A stretch of DNA of 64,000 nt from Phycisphaerales bacterium (GTDB taxonomy: Bacteria; Planctomycetota; Phycisphaerae; Phycisphaerales; UBA1924): assembly GCA_019744815.1 (NCBI GenBank), contig JAIEUA010000016.1, positions 11,502-75,501 on the forward strand, given 5' to 3'. The notes below the pieces were generated by a model that saw nothing but the letters and a program-made list of their open reading frames with translations, ran no database searches and was not told the origin of the DNA. Positions 9,848 through 18,833 of this stretch are shown piece by piece. Position 1 is the first letter of the stretch, and the number at the start of each line of letters is the position of its first letter. Both the position numbers and the translations under genes were made by a program.

Positions 9848-10966
9848 TCAGTGTCCGGCGGGGGAGGTCGTTCCGATCACGAGGCGGCGAGCCACGATGT
9901 TGAAGACCAGAGACATCGCCAGCAGCACCAAAGCCACGTACAGCAGGGATGAACGGTGCAGCCCTTCGCTGGCCTCGGCGAACTCGTTGGCGAGGAGGCT
10001 CGCCATCGTCTGGGCGGGCGCGAAGGGGCTGGGGTTGATCTGGTTGTTGTTGCCGATGACCATGGTGATCGCCATCGTCTCGCCGGCGGCGCGGGCGAGG
10101 CCAAGCATCACAGCGCCGAACAGGCCGGCCCGCCCGTAACGCAGCATGGCGATGCAGCTTTGCCACCACGTCGCACCGAGCGCGAGGGTGCCCTCGATCT
10201 GTGTTCGGGGCACGGCCTTGAGGACGTCTCGGCTGACGCTGGTGACGATCGGCAAGATCATGATCGCCAGCACGAGGCTGCCGCACAACATATCTCGGCC
10301 GGTCATCGGGATGGGCCGCTCGACGAGTTTGCCGCTGATGGTGACGGTCTCGAAGAACATCCAGCGAAGCCCGGGGACATTCTGGAGGGTGTTCTGGAAG
10401 GCGGGGCCGACGGTGGTCTGGAGGAACGGGGCGAGGACGAAGAGGCCCCAGATGCCGTACGCGAGGCTGGGGATGGCGGCCAGGAACTCGATGAGGAACG
10501 AGAGCGGGCCGGCGATCCGCAGGGTCGGTGCGACGCGGACCAGGAAGAGGGCGGCACCGAGGCTGAGCGGGACCGCGAAGAGCAGGGCGAGAGCTGAGCT
10601 GACGGCGGTGCCGTAGATGACGGGGAGGGCGCCGAAGGCGGGCTTGATGGTCTCGGTGACGACCTCGCCGTCCTGCATGACGATCTGGCCCGCGGCGTCG
10701 CGGAGCGGACGCTCAAGCTCGTTGACACGCCACTCACGGGAGACGAGGAAGCCCAGACCAAACTCGCGGATGGCGGGCATCGCCGAACTGAGCAGGACCA
10801 GGACTAGCGAGGCGAGCATGAGCGCGATGACGACGGCGCTGGTGCGGCAGATCAACCCGAGCAGAGCGTCACCGACGTTGAAGCGACGGAAGATGGAGTC
10901 GGCGCGTCGCCCTCCCGATGGATTCGAGGCAGAGGACGAGGAGATGGCGTTCGCGTCGGTCGTCAT
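9848..10966 (-). CDS. pstC: Phosphate ABC transporter permease PstC
   Basis: Polytopic permease with IEGTLALGATWWQ and ARAAGETMAITMVIGN motifs, positioned between pstS and pstA. Confidence 0.9.
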   Translation of the reverse strand: MTTDANAISSSSASNPSGGRRADSIFRRFNVGDALLGLICRTSAVVIALMLASLVLVLLSSAMPAIREFGLGFLVSREWRVNELERPLRDAAGQIVMQDGEVVTETIKPAFGALPVIYGTAVSSALALLFAVPLSLGAALFLVRVAPTLRIAGPLSFLIEFLAAIPSLAYGIWGLFVLAPFLQTTVGPAFQNTLQNVPGLRWMFFETVTISGKLVERPIPMTGRDMLCGSLVLAIMILPIVTSVSRDVLKAVPRTQIEGTLALGATWWQSCIAMLRYGRAGLFGAVMLGLARAAGETMAITMVIGNNNQINPSPFAPAQTMASLLANEFAEASEGLHRSSLLYVALVLLAMSLVFNIVARRLVIGTTSPAGH

Positions 10967-11011
10967 CCAATGGCCGACTGTTCCATCGACGGATGTCGGA
11001 GGCCTTGTAGG

Positions 11012-12088
11012 TTACTTGATCTGGACCGGCTTGCCATCGTGGGTCAGGGAGGCGATCGCGGCGTCGACCGCCTTGCGGACGTTGTCGGAGAGCGGGGCGT
11101 AGTCCATCTGGGTGGCGAGGCTCTGCCCCGAGCTGGTAGCCCACTTCAGGAACGAGACGAGGGCCTTGGCCTCGTCGGCGGTCTTGATGTTGGAGAGGTC
11201 CTTGTAGAGGATGATGTAGGTGAACGCGCTGATGGGGTAGGTCTTCTCGCCGGGCTGGTCCCAGATGTCGGCGCGGAGGATGGTGCCCTTCAGCGTGGCG
11301 GCCGCGCCGTCACCCGCGAGCGACATGGTGTCCGGGGTGGCGAGAATGAACTGGCCGGCTTTGTTCTTGACCGAGCCGTAGGCGATCTTGTTGGCGACGG
11401 CGTAGTTCTGTTCGATGTAGCCGATGGAGCCGGCGGTCTGCTGGATGACGGCGGCGACGCCCTCGTTGCCCTTGCCGCCCTGGCCCAAGGGCCACTTCAC
11501 TTGATTCCCGGCACCGACCTCGCCCTTGAAGGTGGGGCTTTGGGTGGCGAGGTAGCTGGTGAAGACGTGGGTGGTGCCGCTGCCGTCGGTGCGGAAGGCG
11601 GGGGTGATGGCGAGCTTGGGGAGATTGACCCCGGAGTTGAGCTCCTGGAGGCGGGGATCGTCCCAGGAGCTGATCTTGCCCAGGAAGATGTCGGCGAGCA
11701 CGTCGCCGCTGAACTTGATGGTTTCCTTGACGCCGGGCAGGTTGTACGCGGGGACGACGCCGCCGATGACGGCGGGGAACTGAACGACCTTGTCCTCGCC
11801 GCCCATCGCGTCGATTTCTTTCTTGTTCAGAGGCGCGTCGGAGGCGCCGAAGGCGACGGTCTTGTCGGTGATGGACTTGACGCCGCCGCCGGAGCCGATG
11901 CTGCGGTAGTCGATCTTGACGGAGGGGTTGACCTTCTCGTATTCGGCGACCCACTTGGTGTAGAGGGGGGCGGGGAAGGTGGCGCCCGCACCGCCCAGAC
12001 GCACCTCACCGGCCGAGGCGACCTGTCCGCCGACGACGATGGAAACGCCGACCGCCGAGACCCACGCCGCCCGCTGGAGAATGCTCAT
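11012..12088 (-). CDS. pstS: Phosphate-binding protein PstS
   Basis: GAGATFPAPLYTKW, IGSGGG and RTDGSGTT motifs. Signal-like MSILQRAAWVSAVGVSIVVGG. The upstream 62 codons in the ORF track look non-coding (R/S/P-rich). Confidence 0.9.
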   Translation of the reverse strand: MSILQRAAWVSAVGVSIVVGGQVASAGEVRLGGAGATFPAPLYTKWVAEYEKVNPSVKIDYRSIGSGGGVKSITDKTVAFGASDAPLNKKEIDAMGGEDKVVQFPAVIGGVVPAYNLPGVKETIKFSGDVLADIFLGKISSWDDPRLQELNSGVNLPKLAITPAFRTDGSGTTHVFTSYLATQSPTFKGEVGAGNQVKWPLGQGGKGNEGVAAVIQQTAGSIGYIEQNYAVANKIAYGSVKNKAGQFILATPDTMSLAGDGAAATLKGTILRADIWDQPGEKTYPISAFTYIILYKDLSNIKTADEAKALVSFLKWATSSGQSLATQMDYAPLSDNVRKAVDAAIASLTHDGKPVQIK

Positions 12089-12278
12089 GGTCCTGCTCCT
12101 GGAGAATGCCGGTGAAGGTGAAACGGAGACGGAGAACTGTAAAGCCGGGGGCTCCTCACAAGGCCGCTGGAGTGCGCTAAGACTCTGCAAAGATGGGCGG
12201 TGTGGGCTCGTGCGTCGGGCGTCCATTCTGACGAACGAGCGTCGGGAACGAGCCGCTCTGATTCGTTCCCACAAAGCG

Positions 12279-12302
12279 AAAACGCCCCTTGCCGGGGCGT
12301 TT
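12279..12302 (-). terminator. Hairpin terminator after the 741-aa repeat protein gene
   Basis: AACGCCCC-TTGC-CGGGGCGTT palindrome. On the minus strand it is followed by TTTTCGCTTTG. Confidence 0.55.
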
Positions 12303-12360
12303 GTGAAAGGCGTGAGTGACGGGCCGGATCGGGCACGACCGGCATGTACGCGGGCGGCCG

Positions 12361-14586
12361 TTACTTGGCTGCCTGGGCGCGACCGCCGAGGATGAATTGG
12401 ATCAGGTCGGCGTTGGGCAGGTTGAGGGCGCCCGCGAGAGCGGCGGCGGCGGTGGATTCCGCGGGATCGCTGCCCTTGGCCATCTCAACGACGCGCCGGA
12501 CGTGGCGGTCTTCGAGCTGGTTTCCGAAGCGCTTGGCGCTCGCGGCGACCTTGTAGATCAGGTCGATGCGGTCGCTGCCGCTGGCGTTGAGGGCCGCGTC
12601 CATGAGGGCGACCTGGGCCCGCTGCTGACCGATGAGCGAGAGCACCTCGGCGATGGCCAGACGGGTGGCGCCGGTGGAGTCGTTGAGGCTCTTGATGAGA
12701 GGCAGCACGGCCTCGTCAACGGGGAGCGCGGTGTTGCGAGAGACCGCGAGGTCACGAAGGACCGCGAGCGAGCGAGAGGCGTAGGCCTTGGCCTCGTCGG
12801 CGTCGATCGGGCCGCCGGACGCGGCGAGGACCAGGTCGTTCGCGGCCTTGCCGATCGCCTCGGGCGAGGTCGCCAGCGGGCGCACACCGATCGACGACTC
12901 GCTGTCGTAGCGACGACGAAGATCCGGATAGGACTCGGCGGTCGTGAGAGCGAGCAAGGGGGTGGCGGCGGTACGGGTGGTGCCGCGGACCTGGGTGATG
13001 AGCGCGGGGACGTCGTTGGGATTGGGATCGACGGCGACGAGGAGGTCGACCGAGGGCACTTCGGAGATGGCCCCGTCGAGGTCGGTCAGGGTGGTGCCGC
13101 GGGAGAGAACGGTGTAGCCGTCTTGCTCAAGGATCTTGCGGATCGCCTGATACTGCTCGGTGTCGCGGGCGAGGATGCCGGCGAACTTGCTGGAGGCATC
13201 GCGGATGGTCGCGGCGAGGGTCGGAACGACTCGCTCGCTGCCCGCAAAGGGGGCCGCGGGCTGCGACGCGCCGAGGGCCAGAGCGGCCTCGTACTGCACG
13301 CGGCGGTTGGGGTAGGTCAGAGCCTCGACCAACGGCTGACGGTCGCCGGTGGTGCCGCCGAGTTTGGCGGTGAGTGCCCCGCTGCCGGCGGTGCGTTCGA
13401 TCGCACCGATCGCCTTGCGCGAGAGCATGGTGTCCTTGGCGTCGATGGCGCGGGCGAGGACGGACTGGCTCGGGCCGGCGCCGGCGGCGACGGCGAAGTA
13501 GGTCGCGTCGCGACGGTCGGCGGGATAAGCCGGGTTCTCGTAGCCCTGGGGCTGCTGGATCTCGCGGCGCAGGTTGCTGGCCAGCCAGAGGCCCAGGGCC
13601 TGCTTGTTGCCGGCGTCGATGGTCAGGGCACGCTCGGCGAGACGCATCGCCATCGCCTCGTGATAGACGGCGGTGCGGATGCCGGTCATGTTGAGACCGG
13701 AGGCCGGGTTGTACGACCAGAGCAGCTGGAAGTCCTCGCCGCCGAAGCTGGTGACGTCGCGGGACTGGCTGTAGTACCGCTCAGCGAGAGCGAGGTACAG
13801 GTCGGCGACGCCGGCGTTGAGGCTGCCGGTGTCGATGCGGTTGATGGCACGCTCGGCCGCGCTCTTGACGTTCGCGACGGTGGACGAGGTGCGGAGATCG
13901 GCGAGGAAGGGCAGCGCGGAGCGGTGACCAATCAAGCCCAGGACGTCGGCGAGGCGCTCGGCCTGCGCGGGCTCGCTGTGGACCATCGCGGTCGCCAGCG
14001 GGATCACCGACTGGCTGCCGATCTCGACCAGGACCCGCTGCACTTCCGACCGGAGGGCCGGGTTGTCACGGTCCATCAGAGCCGACAGGAGCTGGGGCAT
14101 GGCGTACTCGCCCGCGGCCTTGAGGCGGGTGGCGGCGCGGATGCGGCCCTGGACGGTGCCGGTCAGCTTCTTGATGTTCTCGGTGATCTCGCTGGGGTCG
14201 CGAGCCGCGGCGAGGCGGCCGGTCTCGTAGAGCTTGTAGAGCCCGCCCGCGATCGGCTCGAGGGAGCCGACCCGCATGGCGCGGCCCACGGTTTCATCGA
14301 AGCGCTGGTTCTCGCCGGAGCCGTCGACCAGCTTCACGAAATCCTGGGGCTTGATGGCTCGACCCAGCAGCTCGGCGCCGACCTGAGCGGCGACGTCGTA
14401 GCGGGCGATTCGGGTGAAGTGGACAAAGTCCTTAAGCAGGTCGAGGTCGCTCGCGGCTTTGACGCCGCTCTCGGCCGGCTTGGCGTCCTGAGCCCATGCC
14501 GCGTTGGGCAGAGCGAGGCCCGCTCCCGCGATCAACGCGGCGACCGAAAGAATCGAACCGGAACGGCGGATGGTGCGTGCGATCAT
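12361..14586 (-). CDS. Secreted HEAT/ARM-like repeat protein (function unknown)
   Basis: Signal peptide-like SILSVAALIAGAGLALPNAAWAQD. Repeated A/L-rich helical units with motifs such as AMPQLLSALMDRDNPALRSEVQRVLVEIG and ALPFLADL, reminiscent of HEAT_2/PBS-lyase repeats. Confidence 0.55.
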   Translation of the reverse strand: MIARTIRRSGSILSVAALIAGAGLALPNAAWAQDAKPAESGVKAASDLDLLKDFVHFTRIARYDVAAQVGAELLGRAIKPQDFVKLVDGSGENQRFDETVGRAMRVGSLEPIAGGLYKLYETGRLAAARDPSEITENIKKLTGTVQGRIRAATRLKAAGEYAMPQLLSALMDRDNPALRSEVQRVLVEIGSQSVIPLATAMVHSEPAQAERLADVLGLIGHRSALPFLADLRTSSTVANVKSAAERAINRIDTGSLNAGVADLYLALAERYYSQSRDVTSFGGEDFQLLWSYNPASGLNMTGIRTAVYHEAMAMRLAERALTIDAGNKQALGLWLASNLRREIQQPQGYENPAYPADRRDATYFAVAAGAGPSQSVLARAIDAKDTMLSRKAIGAIERTAGSGALTAKLGGTTGDRQPLVEALTYPNRRVQYEAALALGASQPAAPFAGSERVVPTLAATIRDASSKFAGILARDTEQYQAIRKILEQDGYTVLSRGTTLTDLDGAISEVPSVDLLVAVDPNPNDVPALITQVRGTTRTAATPLLALTTAESYPDLRRRYDSESSIGVRPLATSPEAIGKAANDLVLAASGGPIDADEAKAYASRSLAVLRDLAVSRNTALPVDEAVLPLIKSLNDSTGATRLAIAEVLSLIGQQRAQVALMDAALNASGSDRIDLIYKVAASAKRFGNQLEDRHVRRVVEMAKGSDPAESTAAAALAGALNLPNADLIQFILGGRAQAAK

Positions 14587-15114
14587 CGTGGAGTGATCCT
14601 CTGAATACTACAAGTCCGTGCCTCAGGCCAAGCCCGCGTCCTGCGGGACCGATTCCAAGAGCCGGCGGGCAGGTCCGCCCGTGGTTCTCGTGGTCATGCT
14701 GTTCGAGCCGCAGGGCCTGAGGTTGCACATGCTTCCCCAGACAGCGACTCGACCCCCCACCACACCCCTGCAGAGCGTCCCAAACCTCGACCCATCCCGC
14801 GCGATCTGCAAGGGGCAAAGAGTAGCCAATCTACTAGGGTGGAGCGGGTCTTGTCAAAGCGGGCAAGATGGGTAGGTTGTTCTGGCAAACGCCGTCGGAG
14901 AAGGACGCCGCAAGCGCCGGTTGGCGTGCTCGGACCGTCGCGACCGGATAACCCGCCAAACACGGAAAAACCGCATTTTCTGGCCCGACTGATTCTCTCG
15001 GGATGAACCGCGAACGCCGCATGGCCGATTTCTTGGCGTCGAGGGACCCCCGTTCGGGTCCTGACCTGCCTTGGGCGTCATCCGCCGCCCGTTGTGTACC
15101 CGCGAGGTGAAGCG

Positions 15115-15693
15115 ATGGCCATTGACAAAGAAGTGCTGACCACCGGCGAAGTCGCGAAGATCTGCAATGTCGCGCCCCGCACGGTGTCGAAGTGGTTCGA
15201 CTCCGGTTCGCTGAAGGGCTATCGCATCCCGGGCAGCCGGGACCGGCGCATCCCCACCAGCGAGCTCATCCGATTCATGAAGGCCCACAACATCCCTCTC
15301 GAGGGGATCGCGTCGGGTCGCACGCGGGTGCTGATCGTGGACGGCGACAAGGAAGTCGCCGCGACGCTCGAGAAAATCCTCAGCGAGCAGACCAGCTATG
15401 AAGTTCGCGCCGCGTCGACCGGCTTTGCGGCCGGCGTCGAGGCCGAGCGGTTCAAGCCGCATGTGCTGCTGATGGACCTTGAGCTCGGCAACGGCGACTC
15501 CAAGGCCTTGACCGAGGTCGTGAAGAAGAACGAGAACCTCCAGATCACCAAGCTCATCGCCATGAGCAGCAAGCTCACCGACGGCCAGGCGTTCAGCCTC
15601 AAGGGCCAGGGCTTCGACGGGTTCCTCCGGAAGCCCTTCCAGGTGCGTCAGGTCGTGGAAGCGATCGAGAATGTGACGAATCTGGTGGCGTGA
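15115..15693 (+). CDS. Response regulator with N-terminal excisionase/MerR-type HTH and C-terminal receiver domain
   Basis: LTTGEVAKICNVAPRTVSKWFDSGSLKGYRIPGSRDRRIP (HTH_17-like). This is followed by a receiver with VLIVDGD, LLMDLEL (phospho-Asp), IAMSS and LRKPF. GAGGTGAAG precedes the ATG. Confidence 0.75.
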   Translation: MAIDKEVLTTGEVAKICNVAPRTVSKWFDSGSLKGYRIPGSRDRRIPTSELIRFMKAHNIPLEGIASGRTRVLIVDGDKEVAATLEKILSEQTSYEVRAASTGFAAGVEAERFKPHVLLMDLELGNGDSKALTEVVKKNENLQITKLIAMSSKLTDGQAFSLKGQGFDGFLRKPFQVRQVVEAIENVTNLVA

Positions 15694-15719
15694 GGAAAAG
15701 GCATCAGCCAACAAGAACT

Positions 15720-15748
15720 AGTGGGACCGGCCTCCGGCCGGTCCTTTT
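15720..15748. terminator. Bidirectional terminator hairpin, member of a repeated family
   Basis: AGTGGGACCGGCCTCCGGCCGGTCC followed by TTTT. It lies between convergent genes (15693 stop on +, 15748 stop on -). The same core occurs twice at 26455-26512. Confidence 0.6.
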
Positions 15749-17145
15749 CATTTGTGCGGAGACGGTTGAGCCTGTGCGTTCGCGGGTCCTTCTTCGAATC
15801 GCTTCACCTTCGCATCGATCCACGCGGCGATGTCCGACGCGTACGCGTTCAGACGCCAGAAGAGCAGCGTGTGCCCGCCGTGGAATGTCCAGCGCTCGGG
15901 GCGGCCGAGTCGCTCCCATAACCGGTCCCCGGTCTGCGTGGGCACGATCCGGTCCATCGAGGCCTGGATGACGAGCACGCGATCCGCCGGGATCGCGGCG
16001 GCGGTGTGGAACGGGTCGACCGTGCACGCGTCGAGCCAGGTTGAAATGAACTGCTCGCGTTGCTCGGACACGGGGTGATCCGGGAGCCATCGGACGCGAC
16101 CGCTCGGGTCGGTCAGTTCCGAGTCCAGATAGACGCTCGCGAGGTCGGCTCCGCCCCCGATCAGAACCACCGCGGCCACGCGGTCGATGTGGCGTGATGC
16201 GAACGCGAGGGCGGCGGGAACTCCGCCGCTGCAGCCGACGACGACCAAGGGACGCTGCCGCAGGATCGGGGTTTCCCTCTCCAGGTACGCACGTAAAAAC
16301 TCAACCCCGCCGGTGACGCGCAGGAGCCGGGCTTCGAACTCACCCGCTGCCTCTCGCGCGGCGGCCTCGGCGTTCACGGCGCGACGCTGCCATGGCGAAC
16401 CGAACGGCCGCGCGAGGTCCTCCGAGAGTTCGGCCTTCAGCCCGTCCGAGTTGGGCTCTGGGCGGAGAACGAACCGTTCCGCGGCAAGGCTGCCGAGCGC
16501 CGAATCGGTCGCGATCGCGCAGGCATATCGCCGCGTCGCAACCGCCACCATCGCATCGGCCTCGTACTGCCAACTGTTCCCGATGCCGTTGAACCAGACC
16601 GCCGTCGCCTCGGGTTGGCTGTCGCGCACCAGCACGTTCAGCATCGTGTTCGCGCCGTCATCGATGCGATTGAACAGCCCGTTCCTGCGAAGACTCGAGA
16701 ATGGCTCGTCCTTCGCCCGGGCCGCGAGCTCTTCCTTCCAGTTTGGCGTCGCCACGAACGCCCTGCGCTGCACGGGCGAGAGCCGCTCCGTCCCCGCGGA
16801 CATGGTCACGCGGTGCTGATACTCAACTGACACGTACCCGTCGATCGCGACCGCGGACTTGATGACAAACGCTTCGTTGCGTTGTAGACGCCGATCGTCG
16901 AACTCTTTCGTCTGCTCGCTGATTCGTTCGGCAACCTGTTCGTACATTGGAACGACCGGAGGGATTGCCTTCGCGAACTCCGCGGCGGCAACGGGATCTG
17001 CTTGGGGCCAAAGGATCTTCGCGGTGACCAAGCCGCCGCGCTCATCCACGCCCGCGACCTCGCGGTGCATGCAGCCGCCGCTTGCGATGGCAAGCACAGC
17101 GATGTGCATCGAGAACATGCCCCACCGAAGCTTCGATCCCGCCAT
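15748..17145 (-). CDS. Alpha/beta-hydrolase fold lipoprotein (function unknown)
   Basis: Lipobox-like LAIASGGC near the N-terminus. C-terminal domain has nucleophile elbow GCSGG (VVVGCSGGVPAAL), VIQASMDRIVP and FHGGHTLLF. Confidence 0.6.
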   Translation of the reverse strand: MAGSKLRWGMFSMHIAVLAIASGGCMHREVAGVDERGGLVTAKILWPQADPVAAAEFAKAIPPVVPMYEQVAERISEQTKEFDDRRLQRNEAFVIKSAVAIDGYVSVEYQHRVTMSAGTERLSPVQRRAFVATPNWKEELAARAKDEPFSSLRRNGLFNRIDDGANTMLNVLVRDSQPEATAVWFNGIGNSWQYEADAMVAVATRRYACAIATDSALGSLAAERFVLRPEPNSDGLKAELSEDLARPFGSPWQRRAVNAEAAAREAAGEFEARLLRVTGGVEFLRAYLERETPILRQRPLVVVGCSGGVPAALAFASRHIDRVAAVVLIGGGADLASVYLDSELTDPSGRVRWLPDHPVSEQREQFISTWLDACTVDPFHTAAAIPADRVLVIQASMDRIVPTQTGDRLWERLGRPERWTFHGGHTLLFWRLNAYASDIAAWIDAKVKRFEEGPANAQAQPSPHK

Positions 17146-17282
17146 TGCACCTACTCCCAGATTCGCTCGTGCATGGAAACCGGCGCGTCGTGGACCGCGA
17201 TGCGGAGCGGTCGAATGCAGGGTTACCCGCGACGCTTCCCAGGCTCGATCGTGGTGGACTTCGAGCAGCCCACGGTCTGATC

Positions 17283-18809
17283 TTATTGGTCAATCGCTTT
17301 GTGCCACCTTCCGACCATTCGCTGTCGCACGAAGAGATGCTCGCCGCCATCGATGTAGTCCACCGTTTGTGGCGGCCAATACACAAAGTCCCCCACATAG
17401 CGAGATTGATCCCGTAGCTTCGCGAATGTCTCGGGAGTCATCCACGTTCCAGATGCATCGCCGGGTTGCCCGTGATCGTCCGTCCGATCGACCCCGACCG
17501 AGTACAGCAGCGGCGGCTCTCGCCCTTGTTCACGGAAGCGAAGACCCTGACACACGAAGCGATCCATTGGAACACCGTCAAAGCCAGCCGCCATTACTTG
17601 CTCGACGGAGGTGGGATAGGCGCCGTGCCGAAGGCGATGCCGCTCGATCGCGATGACAAGCCGAGCGGCATCCAGCGTGACGGCTGCGTCTTCACGCGCA
17701 GTGATCGCCTTCCGAAGCGTGGGGAGCATGATCACCACTGGACACTGAGCCACAACTTCGGGCTTGTTCAGCCCCTTGAAATCCAGATCGTCGGACGCCC
17801 AACGTGTCCGCTTGCAAGGCAGAGCATCCGCGTCTTGCTTGAGAGCCGTTCTCGCGCCTTCGAGCACGCTATTCGCTTGGGCCCGTGTCCCAAAGGCTCG
17901 GACGGTTCCTGCGAGTCGAGAGTTCTCCAAGACGAGACCCAGTAGACGCTGAACGAGTGACGGCGGCGGCTTCGATGCACCAGCCATCAATCCGCTGTAC
18001 GTCACGATGCCATTTCCACGCCCGTCATCGCTGTACACACGCTGGATCCAGTCGCTGACGCTCTCCAAATCGCCGTCGATGTTCACCGCTGGAAGACCCA
18101 TCCTCGCGGTCAGCAAGTCGGCCGACAAGCACTGGAGGTCGTCGTCATCGAGCAGACCGGGGTAGGCCGCGATCACATAGCCAATCTCGTTCGAAGCGAC
18201 ATTCAAGATCGCGAAGCCGACAAGCTGGCCGATGATCTGCGGGCAATCAAACGCCAATGTCGGCAGAGCGAGGATCGCTCGAACATCCCGGAGCACGCGA
18301 GCGGCGTCGCCGAACTCGGCCGCCACGCGACAGTCCGCCATCAACGACCGGGCCATGCGTCGCAGCACGCCGAGTTGAGGCAACGCGACCGAGAGTGGCG
18401 GCGGACTGCTCTCAACATCCACCCGATCGAGATTGGCCCACCAACTCTCGTCCATCGCGCCGTCGGAGAACGCTACAGCCGGCATGCCCATCCGAGGCCT
18501 CCGGCCAGCCTCGATGGCGAGCTGAATGAGCTTCTGATCGCGCTCAACGGCATCAACCAAGGCGGGCCAGAGAGGATCGTCCGGGGTTGTTGCGACAATC
18601 CCGACGTCCTCGTACTTCGAACCCTTGATGTTCACCTTCGGAAGGAGCGCGGCCTCTCGGATCAGCCGCCAAGCGACTTGGTCCGGAGGCAGAGTGACGA
18701 CCTCGCGGTTGTAGTCGGACACGAAACGACGCGAGACCACTGGCTCCCCGAACCAGAAGGGCGCGGCGAGACCGAGCGAACACGCTTTCACAAGAAACCA
18801 GTAGATCAC
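17283..18809 (-). CDS. Hypothetical protein with N-terminal hydrophobic segment
   Basis: 508-aa ORF starting 24 nt after the M42 peptidase gene on the same strand. No motif recognised; composition is protein-like, unlike the antisense frames. Confidence 0.45.
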   Translation of the reverse strand: MIYWFLVKACSLGLAAPFWFGEPVVSRRFVSDYNREVVTLPPDQVAWRLIREAALLPKVNIKGSKYEDVGIVATTPDDPLWPALVDAVERDQKLIQLAIEAGRRPRMGMPAVAFSDGAMDESWWANLDRVDVESSPPPLSVALPQLGVLRRMARSLMADCRVAAEFGDAARVLRDVRAILALPTLAFDCPQIIGQLVGFAILNVASNEIGYVIAAYPGLLDDDDLQCLSADLLTARMGLPAVNIDGDLESVSDWIQRVYSDDGRGNGIVTYSGLMAGASKPPPSLVQRLLGLVLENSRLAGTVRAFGTRAQANSVLEGARTALKQDADALPCKRTRWASDDLDFKGLNKPEVVAQCPVVIMLPTLRKAITAREDAAVTLDAARLVIAIERHRLRHGAYPTSVEQVMAAGFDGVPMDRFVCQGLRFREQGREPPLLYSVGVDRTDDHGQPGDASGTWMTPETFAKLRDQSRYVGDFVYWPPQTVDYIDGGEHLFVRQRMVGRWHKAIDQ

Positions 18810-18833
18810 GGCGCCCCCAATGCCATTCTCAAA

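Noticed and set aside
7841-12360. pstSCAB operon lacking phoU and followed by an AraC-type regulator as something unusual
   Set aside because: phoU is often encoded elsewhere, and the AraC gene is separated by a 155-bp gap. I could not identify a convincing Pho box upstream of pstS. This is ordinary housekeeping context.
12316-14604. 762-aa plus-strand ORF
   Set aside because: It is the antisense shadow of the 741-aa secreted repeat protein. Its composition is dominated by G/A/D/R/V with no motifs, whereas the minus-strand product has a signal peptide and a terminator.
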